Source of the DNA: Euryarchaeota archaeon UBA552
Lineage (GTDB): Archaea; Thermoplasmatota; Poseidoniia; Poseidoniales; Thalassarchaeaceae
Reading direction: 5' to 3'
Length of the DNA: 64,000 bases
NCBI GenBank assembly: GCA_002499585.1
Contig: DAMH01000027.1
Span: 138,698-202,697, forward strand
Part shown: positions 35,029-44,770 of the stretch, one piece after another
How positions within the stretch are numbered: position 1 is the first letter of the stretch
Layout: each line of letters opens with the position of its first letter
Notes under the pieces: model-generated
Database searches by the model: none
What the model was told of the DNA's origin: nothing
What the model saw: only the letters and a program-made list of their open reading frames with translations
Made by a program: the position numbers and the translations under genes

Positions 35029-36091
35029 GCAAACTGCCGAAGAGATCAACATACCCTCAGGACTCCCCGAAGATGGAGGGGTCGTCTTGGGAGTGGTCGT
35101 CAACGGCGAGATTGATCGACTACTCAGAAATACATCAAGATCTTTCTATCTTTCACTGGGTGTATTGCCCAACCAAATCAGGGACCAAGTTGGTTTGCTG
35201 TATCTTCTTGCGAGGGTAGCAGATACAATCGCAGATACTGGAGAGGAGCCGTCCCAACTTCTGAGTGAGTTGAACAAGTATGAGGGCGTGTTGAATGATG
35301 GGTCAGAAGAAGTTTATCTGGGCAACGTAGCAGATCTCCAAGACGATCCGCATGAGGAGGAATTATTGCGCTCTGCGAGCAAAGCTGTAAGAGCATTCGC
35401 TGGGATCGAACAAAATGACAGGAATATAATGCTAAGATGCTTGAACACCATCATAAGTGGACAGAGGTTGGATGTGGAAAGATTTGGAACTAAGACCACA
35501 GAGATTAGGTCGCTGACCTCGGATGAAGATCTGGATGATTATACATACAAGGTCGCGGGTTCAGTGGGCGAATTCTGGACTGAAATTTCCCTGAAGCGAT
35601 TGATTCCTGATATGTCTTCCAAAGGTGATTTCGAGAGATTTGGAGTGGATTTTGGAAAAGGGCTGCAGATGATAAACATCCTCCGAGACATACCATCTGA
35701 TCTCCACATTGGTAGATGTTACATACCTTCCGAAAGATTGGCCTCGATTGGTCTGACCCCCGTAGATCTGTTGGATGAAAGTTCTATGAATGCATTCAGA
35801 CCGCTTTACGATGAATACCTCGATCTATCACTAAAATATCTGTCCGCAGCGCATTCCTACGTTTCATTGATACCTAGAAGACATAAGGGATTGCGTCTTT
35901 CATGTATGTTGCCCATCATAATTGGTTGGAGGACAATAAGGATAATGAGGAACAGAAATGTTCTATCCGGGATGGGTGCCAAGATAAAACGTAGAGAAAT
36001 TGGAAGCATTTTGTTAAAGTCCAGAATCGCTGTCAGATTTGAGATCTACGAGAAGTTGTTGATGCAAGCCGAAAAGAGGCGTGCTTGCTGA
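35003..36091 (+). CDS. Squalene/phytoene synthase family protein 1 (SQS/HpnC-like)
   Basis: The sequence '[37 protein letters not shown]' carries the first DxxxD. '[13 protein letters not shown]' is also present. '[21 protein letters not shown]' carries the second Asp-rich motif. Confidence 0.8.
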   Translation: MMLDWPPNEQTAEEINIPSGLPEDGGVVLGVVVNGEIDRLLRNTSRSFYLSLGVLPNQIRDQVGLLYLLARVADTIADTGEEPSQLLSELNKYEGVLNDGSEEVYLGNVADLQDDPHEEELLRSASKAVRAFAGIEQNDRNIMLRCLNTIISGQRLDVERFGTKTTEIRSLTSDEDLDDYTYKVAGSVGEFWTEISLKRLIPDMSSKGDFERFGVDFGKGLQMINILRDIPSDLHIGRCYIPSERLASIGLTPVDLLDESSMNAFRPLYDEYLDLSLKYLSAAHSYVSLIPRRHKGLRLSCMLPIIIGWRTIRIMRNRNVLSGMGAKIKRREIGSILLKSRIAVRFEIYEKLLMQAEKRRAC

Positions 36092-36097
36092 GAATGA

Positions 36098-37399
36098 GTG
36101 AATCTTACGCAACTGACACAGAACTTCAAACGTACATTGTCTCAGCACGCCTCGATGAAAGACGAGGCAAAGACGGAATCCGTCCGTCGTGTTGATACGG
36201 CCTCTGAAAGCACCATGTCGAGTGAAAACGATGTGAAAACACCGCCCATAGATAGTATCAGATCAAAGGTGTCTCTGACCCGCGATGCCGCCCGCGCCAT
36301 CTCGATAACTGCCCTAGAAACTATCAGAGAAGGAGCCAAGTTCATGGGTGTTGTGGGGAATAGGGGGAATCTAGAAAGCCCATTCGGTCACATAGACGCA
36401 TCTATTTGGAAGGAAGGGGAGTTACCGGCTCGTATGATAGAGGCCTCTTACGATTATTGTGAGGAGCTTACCAGGATAGAGGCCGCAAATTTCTATCACT
36501 CGTTCAAATATTTACCCAGCGAGGTTCGTCGATCTATTTGCGCATATTACGCCTTTTGCCGGAGGGCAGACGATATTGCTGATGGTGACTACACTGATCT
36601 TTTTCCCGGGGGCTCTGAGGATAGTTTTGAGTCTGTGGATTACAGGTCTGAAATAGAGAGAATAATGGGTGAACCTGTTCTCGAAAGAGGTGCTTACGAC
36701 CAGAAAATGTCACAGTTATTCTATTACCGAAAGAAGCTTTCTACAGCATACACAACTGTGACATCGACTGATCCTATTTTCATTGCATTGAAGGACACAG
36801 TCGAGAAGTTTAGAATTCCGAGATCACTGCTCGACGACATGATAAGCGGAATGGAAGACGACTTACACAGAAATAGGTTTCAAACCTTCGAAGATTTGTA
36901 TGAATACTGCTACAAGGTCGCTTCCACAGTGGGCCTTGTATGCATAGAAATATACGGATACGACTCACCTGAAGCAAAAGACGAGGCTGAGGCATGGGGT
37001 GTTTACATGCAACTCATAAACATCCTGAGGGATGTTCTAGAAGATTCGAAGCGGGGCAGAATATACTTGCCTCTTGATGATCTCATCCGATATGGAATTA
37101 CTGAAAAAGACGTTCTTGCTGGTGAGAGTTTAGGTGACCATCCTGGTTGGGAGCCCTTCTGTAAAAATTATACCAGGCGAGCAAAAAATTACGGCAGGTC
37201 GGCAAAGAGCTTGCTAGGGAGGTTGGATAAACAGATGAGGTACTCTCCGGCTGCGATGATGGCATTCTATGACTCAATATTGAGGAAAATCGCAAAAAAT
37301 GAAGGTGATGTTTTTACTGAGAGGGTTCAACTTTCCAAACCAGAAAAGATTGGATTAGCCGCATGGGTTTACTTTCGCTACCGTTTCTTGCCTGTCTGA
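36098..37399 (+). CDS. Squalene/phytoene synthase family protein 2 (CrtB/HpnD-like) with a long N-terminal extension
   Basis: Motifs include 'NFYHSFKYLPSEVRRSICAYYAFCRRADDIADGD', 'YCYKVASTVGLVCIEIYG' and 'MQLINILRDVLEDSKRGRIYLP'. About 110 N-terminal residues have no recognisable domain, and the true start is uncertain. Confidence 0.8.
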   Translation: MNLTQLTQNFKRTLSQHASMKDEAKTESVRRVDTASESTMSSENDVKTPPIDSIRSKVSLTRDAARAISITALETIREGAKFMGVVGNRGNLESPFGHIDASIWKEGELPARMIEASYDYCEELTRIEAANFYHSFKYLPSEVRRSICAYYAFCRRADDIADGDYTDLFPGGSEDSFESVDYRSEIERIMGEPVLERGAYDQKMSQLFYYRKKLSTAYTTVTSTDPIFIALKDTVEKFRIPRSLLDDMISGMEDDLHRNRFQTFEDLYEYCYKVASTVGLVCIEIYGYDSPEAKDEAEAWGVYMQLINILRDVLEDSKRGRIYLPLDDLIRYGITEKDVLAGESLGDHPGWEPFCKNYTRRAKNYGRSAKSLLGRLDKQMRYSPAAMMAFYDSILRKIAKNEGDVFTERVQLSKPEKIGLAAWVYFRYRFLPV

Positions 37400-37472
37400 T
37401 TGATCGGCGCGAAGGCCTCAAAGCGTCGATGATACGCCATTAGTCCAGGGTGATGCTATCAGGGTTGCAGTT

Positions 37473-39227
37473 TTGCTCGAGGACCGTTGCAAACCCAACA
37501 CTCCAGCTTTCGACTATTTGATGAAATACGCAGGGAGTTGTGGACGGGAATGCATTCAGTTTGAGGGTTCTAAGTGCCGAATTCTAGAATCAGCCTGCCC
37601 AGTTTGTGTAAATAGGGCGAAGAGATGTCCGGGAGGTGCTGTCAAGATCATTAATTTACCATCTGAATTAGACACTGATTTGACACACAGCTACGGTGAG
37701 AACTCATTCAGATTATTTCGCTTACCGGCCCCCAGAGAACAGCAAGTCGTAGGGATTCTAGGGCCCAACGGAATGGGAAAATCCACTGCAATTAATCTGC
37801 TGTCTGGTTCGATAAGACCGAATCTAGGGGAGTGGCATTCCGAGAATGTCGACTGGAAAACCGTTCTCGAGTCGTTTCCACGTGGTGAGCTCCGAGATTA
37901 CCTCGACCTTGTATCTCAATCAGGAGTTCGAATCGCAGTCAAGCCACAGTACGTGGACAAGTTACCGAAACTTTGGGACGGCGAAGTAAAGGGGTTACTT
38001 GACAGGGTCGATGACAGGGGGCTACTGTCAAAATATTCGGAGAAAACCTCTATCGGGCATATATTAGATCGAAAACTATCTAGCCTTTCTGGAGGAGAGC
38101 TTCAGAGAATCGCCATCTGTGCGACAATACTCAAGGAGGCAGATGTTTATTTCTTCGATGAACCCTCTTCATACTTAGATATCCATGAAAGAATGCGTGT
38201 GGTCAGGATCATACAGGAATTGGTTCAGGAGGGTAAGAGGATCATAGTTATCGAACATGATCTAGCCATTTTGGACGTACTGTGTGATCTAGTACATGTG
38301 GTGTATGGTCAAAGGGCGGCATACGGAATTTTCACCCCTCCAAGGACAACCAGAACTGCAATCAATGCATACCTGGAAGGTTTCCTGACTGAAGAGAACG
38401 TGAGAATCCGGGATAAACCGATTACATTCCTCAGAGGTAGGGTTAGAGGAGAAGAAGTTGGTGACACAATCTTGAAGTGGGGGGGCATGACAAAGAAAAT
38501 GGGAGATTTCACACTCAAAACAGGCGAGGGTGGCGTTCGAAGTGCAGAAGTAGTAGGTGTAGTTGGGCCCAATGCGACCGGAAAGACCACAATGGTAAGG
38601 ATGATTGCAGGCGAAATCGAACCAGATCAAGGATGGTGCACCATGGATGCCAAGGTGTCATACAAGCCACAACACGTCAGCACCGATTTCAACGGAAATG
38701 TGGCTCAATTGCTGGACTCTGAGATTGGCATCGGATGGAGGAGCGGGGAGTTCAATACTCAGGTGATAAGGCCACTTCAAATTGACCAGTTAGTTGAGTT
38801 AGAAGCCAGTCGCCTCTCAGGTGGTGAGCTTCAGGCAGTCAGCATTGCCATCTGTCTGGGGAAGGAGGCAGACCTCTATTTGCTTGATGAGCCTAGTGCA
38901 CACTTGGATGTAAACGCGAGGATGGAGGCTGCAAAGGCTATCAGAAGAACCATGGTTTCCAAAGAAAAGGCCGCCATGGTAATAGATCACGACATATACT
39001 TCATCGACATAGTGAGCGACTCACTGCTTGTGTTTGAAGGGCGTGGAGGTGAGAATGGACATGCTCATGGACCTATGGGCCTCAGGCCGGGCATGAATCA
39101 GTTTCTGAAACAAGTGGATGTTACATTTCGGAGAGATCATGAGTCATACAGACCTAGAATAAACAAAGCTGGTAGCAGGAAAGACAGGGAGCAGAAGACA
39201 AAAGGGGAGTACTTCTACATAGACTAG
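37473..39227 (+). CDS. ABCE1 / RNase L inhibitor-type ribosome recycling ATPase
   Basis: An N-terminal Cys-rich ferredoxin-like domain is followed by 'KIINLP'. There are two ABC modules (GPNGMGKST ... LSGGELQR ... FFDEPSSYLD; GPNATGKTT ... LSGGELQA ... LLDEPSAHLD). The frame is open upstream to 37404, as discussed in the findings. Confidence 0.9.
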   Translation: MLEDRCKPNTPAFDYLMKYAGSCGRECIQFEGSKCRILESACPVCVNRAKRCPGGAVKIINLPSELDTDLTHSYGENSFRLFRLPAPREQQVVGILGPNGMGKSTAINLLSGSIRPNLGEWHSENVDWKTVLESFPRGELRDYLDLVSQSGVRIAVKPQYVDKLPKLWDGEVKGLLDRVDDRGLLSKYSEKTSIGHILDRKLSSLSGGELQRIAICATILKEADVYFFDEPSSYLDIHERMRVVRIIQELVQEGKRIIVIEHDLAILDVLCDLVHVVYGQRAAYGIFTPPRTTRTAINAYLEGFLTEENVRIRDKPITFLRGRVRGEEVGDTILKWGGMTKKMGDFTLKTGEGGVRSAEVVGVVGPNATGKTTMVRMIAGEIEPDQGWCTMDAKVSYKPQHVSTDFNGNVAQLLDSEIGIGWRSGEFNTQVIRPLQIDQLVELEASRLSGGELQAVSIAICLGKEADLYLLDEPSAHLDVNARMEAAKAIRRTMVSKEKAAMVIDHDIYFIDIVSDSLLVFEGRGGENGHAHGPMGLRPGMNQFLKQVDVTFRRDHESYRPRINKAGSRKDREQKTKGEYFYID

Positions 39228-39259
39228 GCTATTTCTTGGGATTAAATGGAGGCGAAGTA

Positions 39260-39742
39260 ATGGATGGAGATGAAGAAACAGAGGGGCAAAAGGCAGAAGA
39301 GGAGTCAGATGATGAAACGAAATCGGTCGATTCTCTCTCACGAGAACTACAATATGCAATGGCCGAAATAGCCAACATCAGATCAAGATCGCTCAAAGAA
39401 AAATCCGAGTTGATTAGATATGCCTCCACAAACCTCGGTTCAAAAATGATTGACATACTTCGAAGTCTGGATCTTGCAATAGAATCTGCAGATGAATCTG
39501 CTGAAATTGCTATTGAGGGCATTAAGATGGCTGCCGAGGGATTGCGTCAGAGTTTGGCATCAGTGGGCATCAAACCCATTGAAGCTGATGGAGTTATTTT
39601 CGATCCAAGTAGAATGGAAGCAATCGCGACCGTGCCGTCTCCGGATGGAGGGGCTGCAGGCGTGATTGTGGAAGTCGTCGAAAGAGGATATATGATTCAC
39701 GACAGGGTACTGAAGCCGGCCAAGGTTATAGTATCGGAGTGA
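39260..39742 (+). CDS. grpE: GrpE nucleotide exchange factor
   Basis: Motifs include 'LQYAMAEIANIRSRSLKEKSELIRYASTNLGSKMIDILRSLDLAIE' and 'GIKPIEADGVIFDPSRMEAIATVP ... VVERGYMIHDRVLKPAKVIV'. ATG at 39260 has GGAGG 7 nt upstream. Confidence 0.85.
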   Translation: MDGDEETEGQKAEEESDDETKSVDSLSRELQYAMAEIANIRSRSLKEKSELIRYASTNLGSKMIDILRSLDLAIESADESAEIAIEGIKMAAEGLRQSLASVGIKPIEADGVIFDPSRMEAIATVPSPDGGAAGVIVEVVERGYMIHDRVLKPAKVIVSE

Positions 39743-39746
39743 AACA

Positions 39747-40241
39747 ATGAGCGCCACAATTCACAAACTTCGAAATTTCACTTTATTGATTTTATTTGTC
39801 TGGCTGATGGTCATTATGGCCGTTGATTTATCATCTCCGGCCCCTAACTACTCTGACTCCCTCCCTGATGAATGCGGCGTTAATTCCCAGAACTGTTCAG
39901 GTTTTGGGATGTGGTACCACCGAAGTGATGAGGAAGACGCTGTTGTTTTTTCCGGGACCCAGGAAGAGGCGATGGAATCCATCATAGAATGGGTATCATC
40001 GAGAGATAGGATGGACATACTGCACGCAAATGAGACTACCATTCATGCAGTTGAGACGAGTTTTGTCTTCAGATTCAAGGATGACTTGGTTGTTCACACT
40101 GAATGCGACGATGGCCTCGTCTTAGTCCACGCGTACAGTTCCTCAAGAATAGGCGTCGGAGATATGAATGTCAATCCAACTAGGCTTTCATCACTTATTT
40201 CACACTTACAAGAAGTCGACCTCGCGGGCCAAGGTTGTTGA
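39747..40241 (+). CDS. DUF1499-like membrane-anchored protein
   Basis: It has an N-terminal TM helix. The pattern 'C..NSQNC ... IHAVETSFVFRFKDDLVVH ... VHAYSSSRIGVGDMNVNPTRL' resembles DUF1499. Confidence 0.55.
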   Translation: MSATIHKLRNFTLLILFVWLMVIMAVDLSSPAPNYSDSLPDECGVNSQNCSGFGMWYHRSDEEDAVVFSGTQEEAMESIIEWVSSRDRMDILHANETTIHAVETSFVFRFKDDLVVHTECDDGLVLVHAYSSSRIGVGDMNVNPTRLSSLISHLQEVDLAGQGC

Positions 40242-40293
40242 AAGGGCGATTATTGGACACCCAACTAAATAGGCGGCTATCGTCGTAGGCGGG

Positions 40294-42315
40294 ATGATGA
40301 TACGAACCAGCGCTGTTTCAATTGCCCTTCTATTTCTCTTATTGCCGGTGGCCGGATGCATCGGCCAAGACGATGTTGAGAGCAGTGACGACATTCAGGA
40401 AACTGACAATGAAGTCACTGTTGATGAAGACCCAGTGGTAGAAATCATCGATGTCCCGTACGCCCCCGGGTGCGACAACCTCAATCCCCACCACTGCCTA
40501 CTACCGTTTCCATCTGATGCCTTCTTGGTAGAAGATGAAACCACAAGGACCGGGTTGAGAGTTCACTACCCGACCGGTTCAATCCCTTCCTCAGGATCAA
40601 CAAATCCAGTGGAAATACCTAGGATAAACCAGATAGACGGGATGAGTACCTCGACACAAATCATGACAACTTTTGACACAGTACCAAACCTAGATGGCGT
40701 GGCCTACCAATACGACATTGGGACGTCAATGCAGCCCGATCATGCTACGATCATCTGGAACGCTGATGACAATCACGCAGTGGCTCACTGGGTCGAACTG
40801 GATGCAAGGGCTCAGGATGGTGAGCAGACTATAGTCCATCTGAGAACTGCATCCGCACTTGAGCACGACACCAAATACATAGTTGTGATACGGGGACTAT
40901 CGGACCAACAAGGTGACTTAATCGAACCTTCTGCGGCTATGCGATCACTGATCGGGAACACAATAACTGATGCAGCAGATGTCGAAGACAGAAGGTTGGA
41001 ATATACCACATACATTCAGGTCGCCGAAAGTCAAATGGGGGTCGATCGGAATACAATTCAGGCCCTTTGGTCGTTCCATACATCTTCAGTGGAATCCGTC
41101 ATCGGGCCCGTACTTTCAATGAGAGATGACGCCCTCGAGAGGATAGGCGAAGGCATAGGATGTACCGTGGTAACTACTGAGGACAACTACCGCGAAGATG
41201 GCATGACTTACCGTAGAGTGAAAGGGACTTTCACAGCTCCACAGTACCTCATTGATGATAGGGCCCCAACCCTCCTATCAAGGGACTCGGATTACAATCC
41301 TGTTTTTGTCGAAAACAGAGAAGTTCCCTTTACGTTGATTATCCCCATGTCATTGTACAATTCTTCCAACCCAGGTCCTCTGACGGTTTTTGGTCACGGA
41401 TTCCTTGGTACAGGGGAAGGTCACGTCAGCGGCGGTCTCAGGGAATGGGGCGAGATTTACGAAACAGCTCTGATTGCCACCGACTTCTACGGATGGAGTT
41501 CAGATGACAGGGATGGAATATCCATGGGCATCATGAACGGTTATTACTTCACGCACCAATCAGACAGGCTGCAACAGGCAATGGTCAATCATGTCGTGAT
41601 GATCAAGACATTCAAGGGAATTTGTGCTGACATCCCATCCATGAAAGACGAGACTGGCCGTCTTCTCGTCAATACTTCGGAGGTTTACTACACCGGCTAC
41701 TCCCTTGGCGGAAACCGAGGTCCGTCCCTGCTAGGGCTTTCCCCCGATGTAACTCGAGGTGCTCTTTGGGTCGGAGGTGCAGGGTTTTCGCATCAAATAG
41801 AAAGATGCACACAGTATGACCAGTTTGACGATCTGATGGAGAGTTCTATTGGATACACATCCCAGTTGGATAGGGCAGTGGTAATCTCACTTGTCCAATC
41901 ACTTTGGGATGCAACAGATACCAACACTTGGACCACACTATCCAATGGCTGGGAGGATCGAGTAGATCCTTTTGAAATGCTATATATCGGATCGATAGGA
42001 GATCTACAGATCTCAAACATATCCACCAGCAGAGCACTTAGGAATGCAGGGGCCTCGATTCTTGCAAGTTCAGCTATTCTTCCATATGGGCTCCCCGTAG
42101 CAGATGGCGGTGAGAATACCACAGGGAATTTAGGTGTTTATTTCGACGGTGGTTTCAGTCACGCCCCTGAGGTGAATCTGCTGGGCCAAGAGCCTCACCC
42201 TGCGCATAACTGGGTTGCAGGTGTTGAAGCGGCTCACCAAATGGCATTTGAGTATCTTTTCAACGGCTTTGTAGAAGACAGATGTGCAGGTTCATGTGTC
42301 TACAATGTGGGTTAG
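40294..42315 (+). CDS. Secreted lipobox-containing protein, probable alpha/beta-fold serine hydrolase
   Basis: The signal peptide MMIRTSAVSIALLFLLLPVAGC has a lipobox. 'YYTGYSLGGNRG' is a GxSxG-like nucleophile elbow. The specific family is not recognised. Confidence 0.7.
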   Translation: MMIRTSAVSIALLFLLLPVAGCIGQDDVESSDDIQETDNEVTVDEDPVVEIIDVPYAPGCDNLNPHHCLLPFPSDAFLVEDETTRTGLRVHYPTGSIPSSGSTNPVEIPRINQIDGMSTSTQIMTTFDTVPNLDGVAYQYDIGTSMQPDHATIIWNADDNHAVAHWVELDARAQDGEQTIVHLRTASALEHDTKYIVVIRGLSDQQGDLIEPSAAMRSLIGNTITDAADVEDRRLEYTTYIQVAESQMGVDRNTIQALWSFHTSSVESVIGPVLSMRDDALERIGEGIGCTVVTTEDNYREDGMTYRRVKGTFTAPQYLIDDRAPTLLSRDSDYNPVFVENREVPFTLIIPMSLYNSSNPGPLTVFGHGFLGTGEGHVSGGLREWGEIYETALIATDFYGWSSDDRDGISMGIMNGYYFTHQSDRLQQAMVNHVVMIKTFKGICADIPSMKDETGRLLVNTSEVYYTGYSLGGNRGPSLLGLSPDVTRGALWVGGAGFSHQIERCTQYDQFDDLMESSIGYTSQLDRAVVISLVQSLWDATDTNTWTTLSNGWEDRVDPFEMLYIGSIGDLQISNISTSRALRNAGASILASSAILPYGLPVADGGENTTGNLGVYFDGGFSHAPEVNLLGQEPHPAHNWVAGVEAAHQMAFEYLFNGFVEDRCAGSCVYNVG

Positions 42316-42896
42316 CCCACAGGCTCCCCGCCTTCCCCCATAAATGCCAGTCTCCTGAGGGCACCTGTTTCGATGAGACTCATGATTACTGATTTTTGAA
42401 TGGATTCTCCCAGCACAGATTTTACTGCGTCAGTGTCCTGTATAGTCGACATCATCCTCATTGTCTCTCTTACTCTCCATCCCACTAACTTATCTCTATT
42501 CTTCGGCCTAATGACTATGACATCCCATCCCGCATCAGAGTAGATATCCCCTGTGGGTCCATCGCTGGTGAACAAAACACCATTTTCTCCATGGAATTTG
42601 TTTGCGTGCTTGACCCAGTTAGGCGGGTCATCTATGTCGGGTATGCCAATGATTTCAGCATCAATTTCAAGTTCCGAGATAGAGGCCTCCAACATCACCT
42701 TCCTTTCTTCAAAAGTCCATGGATTCAAAAGATTTTGAGGTTTATTCGTAGATCCAACTGCGATTACCAGTTTGGATTCTTTCTGGTTTTTTAACCTCCA
42801 GACGTTAGCCTCAGAAATCAAGAAGGCGTGTCCTTTGTGGACTGGCTGAAATCTGCCTAATACCACACAAATCCCATCTTTTGAACTATTCCTCAT
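42312..42896 (-). CDS. Nicotinamide-nucleotide adenylyltransferase, archaeal type (cytidylyltransferase fold)
   Basis: The motif 'VVLGRFQPVHKGHAFLI' is (H/T)xGH in the GRFQPxHxGH context. The protein is 194 aa. Confidence 0.8.
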   Translation of the reverse strand: MRNSSKDGICVVLGRFQPVHKGHAFLISEANVWRLKNQKESKLVIAVGSTNKPQNLLNPWTFEERKVMLEASISELEIDAEIIGIPDIDDPPNWVKHANKFHGENGVLFTSDGPTGDIYSDAGWDVIVIRPKNRDKLVGWRVRETMRMMSTIQDTDAVKSVLGESIQKSVIMSLIETGALRRLAFMGEGGEPVG

Positions 42897-42900
42897 TTCA

Positions 42901-43671
42901 TCACCTTTTGAATTTAGATAGGGGAACTCCGTTTAAATTCCACTCATGCAGCGGTGTCTGATCTATTCCCAACAGGATCATATGATCTCCATCCCTCCTT
43001 ATGATTTCGGATATCGAGAATAGATCGGAGGAACTGGACCTGTGTGCGGACATTGTGGACATTAGGTATGGGTCTTGACTACTTTCTGAGGGTGCACCGA
43101 GAGCGTCCCTCCTCGCGATCCAATCTTGCGTTACTGAGTCTATATATTCAGCCCTGCTGAACCTAGATACCTCGGTTGCAAAATCACGCCAGAAATCGTG
43201 ATCTAATATATCATGCACATCCATTTCCGTGGATACATATGGCTCGAAATACAAATACGCCCTTGCATCCCAGCAGGTCCACTCAGCAACGCAAGACCAC
43301 AGGCACAATGAATAGATGGTGGATATTCGTACGTTTTCCGGTTGTATATCAAACACCGATTTCTCATTTTCACTTTGAGAAGAATCCCATGCATCGAGTA
43401 GATCGCCCTCTAGGTCCACTGAAAATGGCCTGTGGATTGTTTCCACAACTACAGGTCGCATCGATCTTAATTCTTGACGTTCCATCTTCATGAACATGTC
43501 AAGTGGTTTCATTGAAAGGAGTGAATCTAAGGCATTGGGTTCTATCAACCTCATGATGACCTTTGCCATGCCAGAACGAGAAGGCATACTCGTTTGGTTG
43601 TATGGTGAGCAGTACATGGGCTGGCTTGAATAACCCGGACCCTGACCATGCATCATCGTCATGGCCACCAT
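42901..43671 (-). CDS. Hypothetical protein
   Basis: The ORF is 256 aa with no recognisable motifs. The annotated start overlaps the divergent DRG start by 11 nt, so an internal Met (43656, 43653 or 43569) is more likely. Confidence 0.55.
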   Translation of the reverse strand: MVAMTMMHGQGPGYSSQPMYCSPYNQTSMPSRSGMAKVIMRLIEPNALDSLLSMKPLDMFMKMERQELRSMRPVVVETIHRPFSVDLEGDLLDAWDSSQSENEKSVFDIQPENVRISTIYSLCLWSCVAEWTCWDARAYLYFEPYVSTEMDVHDILDHDFWRDFATEVSRFSRAEYIDSVTQDWIARRDALGAPSESSQDPYLMSTMSAHRSSSSDLFSISEIIRRDGDHMILLGIDQTPLHEWNLNGVPLSKFKR

Positions 43672-44770
43672 CGAGGAACAAATTCAATCCCTCGAGGAAG
43701 AAATTTCCAAGACTAAATACAACAAAGCCACTCAAGGTCATATAGGCAAACTAAAGGCAAAGATAGCATCACTAAAAGAAAAAAAGGAAAAGGCTCAGGC
43801 CAAATCAGGTGGCAGTTCCCCAGGATTTGAAGTTAAGAAATCAGGTGATGCCAGCGTAGCTCTTGTGGGGTTTCCTTCTGTTGGAAAATCAAGTCTAATT
43901 TCTCAACTTACAGGAGCAGAGTCAGAGGCGGGTGCATTTGCATTCACCACACTCACCTGCATACCGGGTTTGATGGAGCACAAGGGTGCCAAGATACAGA
44001 TCCTTGACCTGCCAGGTCTGATCAAAGGCGCTAGTGAGGGTAAGGGCAGAGGCAGGGAGATTCTCAATGTTATCAGAGGATCAGATATGGTGCTCTATGT
44101 ATTGGACCCATTCCAAGAGTCTCATTTTGACATCCTGGATCAAGAACTTTGGAGATCTGGGATGAGATTGAATCAGCCGAAGCCGCAAGTATTCATCAGA
44201 AGAACTGACAGGGGCGGGATTGTTGTCAGGTCAACCCTAGATCAATCCAATCTTACTGAAAAAGACGTACAGGATATTATCCGTTCGTTCGGAATTGTTT
44301 CTGCTAATGTGGTACTTAGGTCAAACGCGACGGATGATCATATTGTGGATACATTGGCAGGAAACAGGGTGTATTCAAGATCGGTTGTCGTGATAAACAA
44401 GGTTGATTTGGCTACGGAAGCAGACATAGAAAGGGCAGAGAAGATGGTTCCAAGTGGTTGGCCGGTGCTGAAGGTGTCTGCAAAAACCGGAGAGGGTATT
44501 GAGGATATGAAGGACTTCATCTACGATAATCTTGGGTTCATGTCCATATACCTGAAACCACAGGGGCAGGAGGCCGATCTCGAGGAGCCACTGATCGTAA
44601 AGGATGATTCAAGAGTGAGGGAAATATGTGTAAAGTTGCACAGAGATTTTGTGCGAAAATTTAGGTATGCTAGAGTCAAAGGCCCCAGTGCCAAATTTGA
44701 CTGGCAGCGTGTAGGCCTCGATCACAGATTGAAAGATGGAGACTTGTTGACAATAGTCACGAGGAGATGA
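43661..44770 (+). CDS. DRG-family (developmentally regulated) GTP-binding protein with a C-terminal TGS domain
   Basis: Motifs include 'KTKYNKATQGHIGKLKAKIA', G1 'GFPSVGKSS' and G3 'DLPGLI'. The segment 'NKVD' is also present, along with a TGS-like C-terminus (VKLHRDFVRKFRYARV...GDLLTIV). Confidence 0.9.
   Translation: MATIEEQIQSLEEEISKTKYNKATQGHIGKLKAKIASLKEKKEKAQAKSGGSSPGFEVKKSGDASVALVGFPSVGKSSLISQLTGAESEAGAFAFTTLTCIPGLMEHKGAKIQILDLPGLIKGASEGKGRGREILNVIRGSDMVLYVLDPFQESHFDILDQELWRSGMRLNQPKPQVFIRRTDRGGIVVRSTLDQSNLTEKDVQDIIRSFGIVSANVVLRSNATDDHIVDTLAGNRVYSRSVVVINKVDLATEADIERAEKMVPSGWPVLKVSAKTGEGIEDMKDFIYDNLGFMSIYLKPQGQEADLEEPLIVKDDSRVREICVKLHRDFVRKFRYARVKGPSAKFDWQRVGLDHRLKDGDLLTIVTRR

Noticed and set aside
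42312-42315. Convergent stop-codon overlap (TTAG) between the 673-aa hydrolase gene and the NMNAT gene
   Set aside because: This is real but trivial. It reflects compact genome packing and not a regulatory feature.
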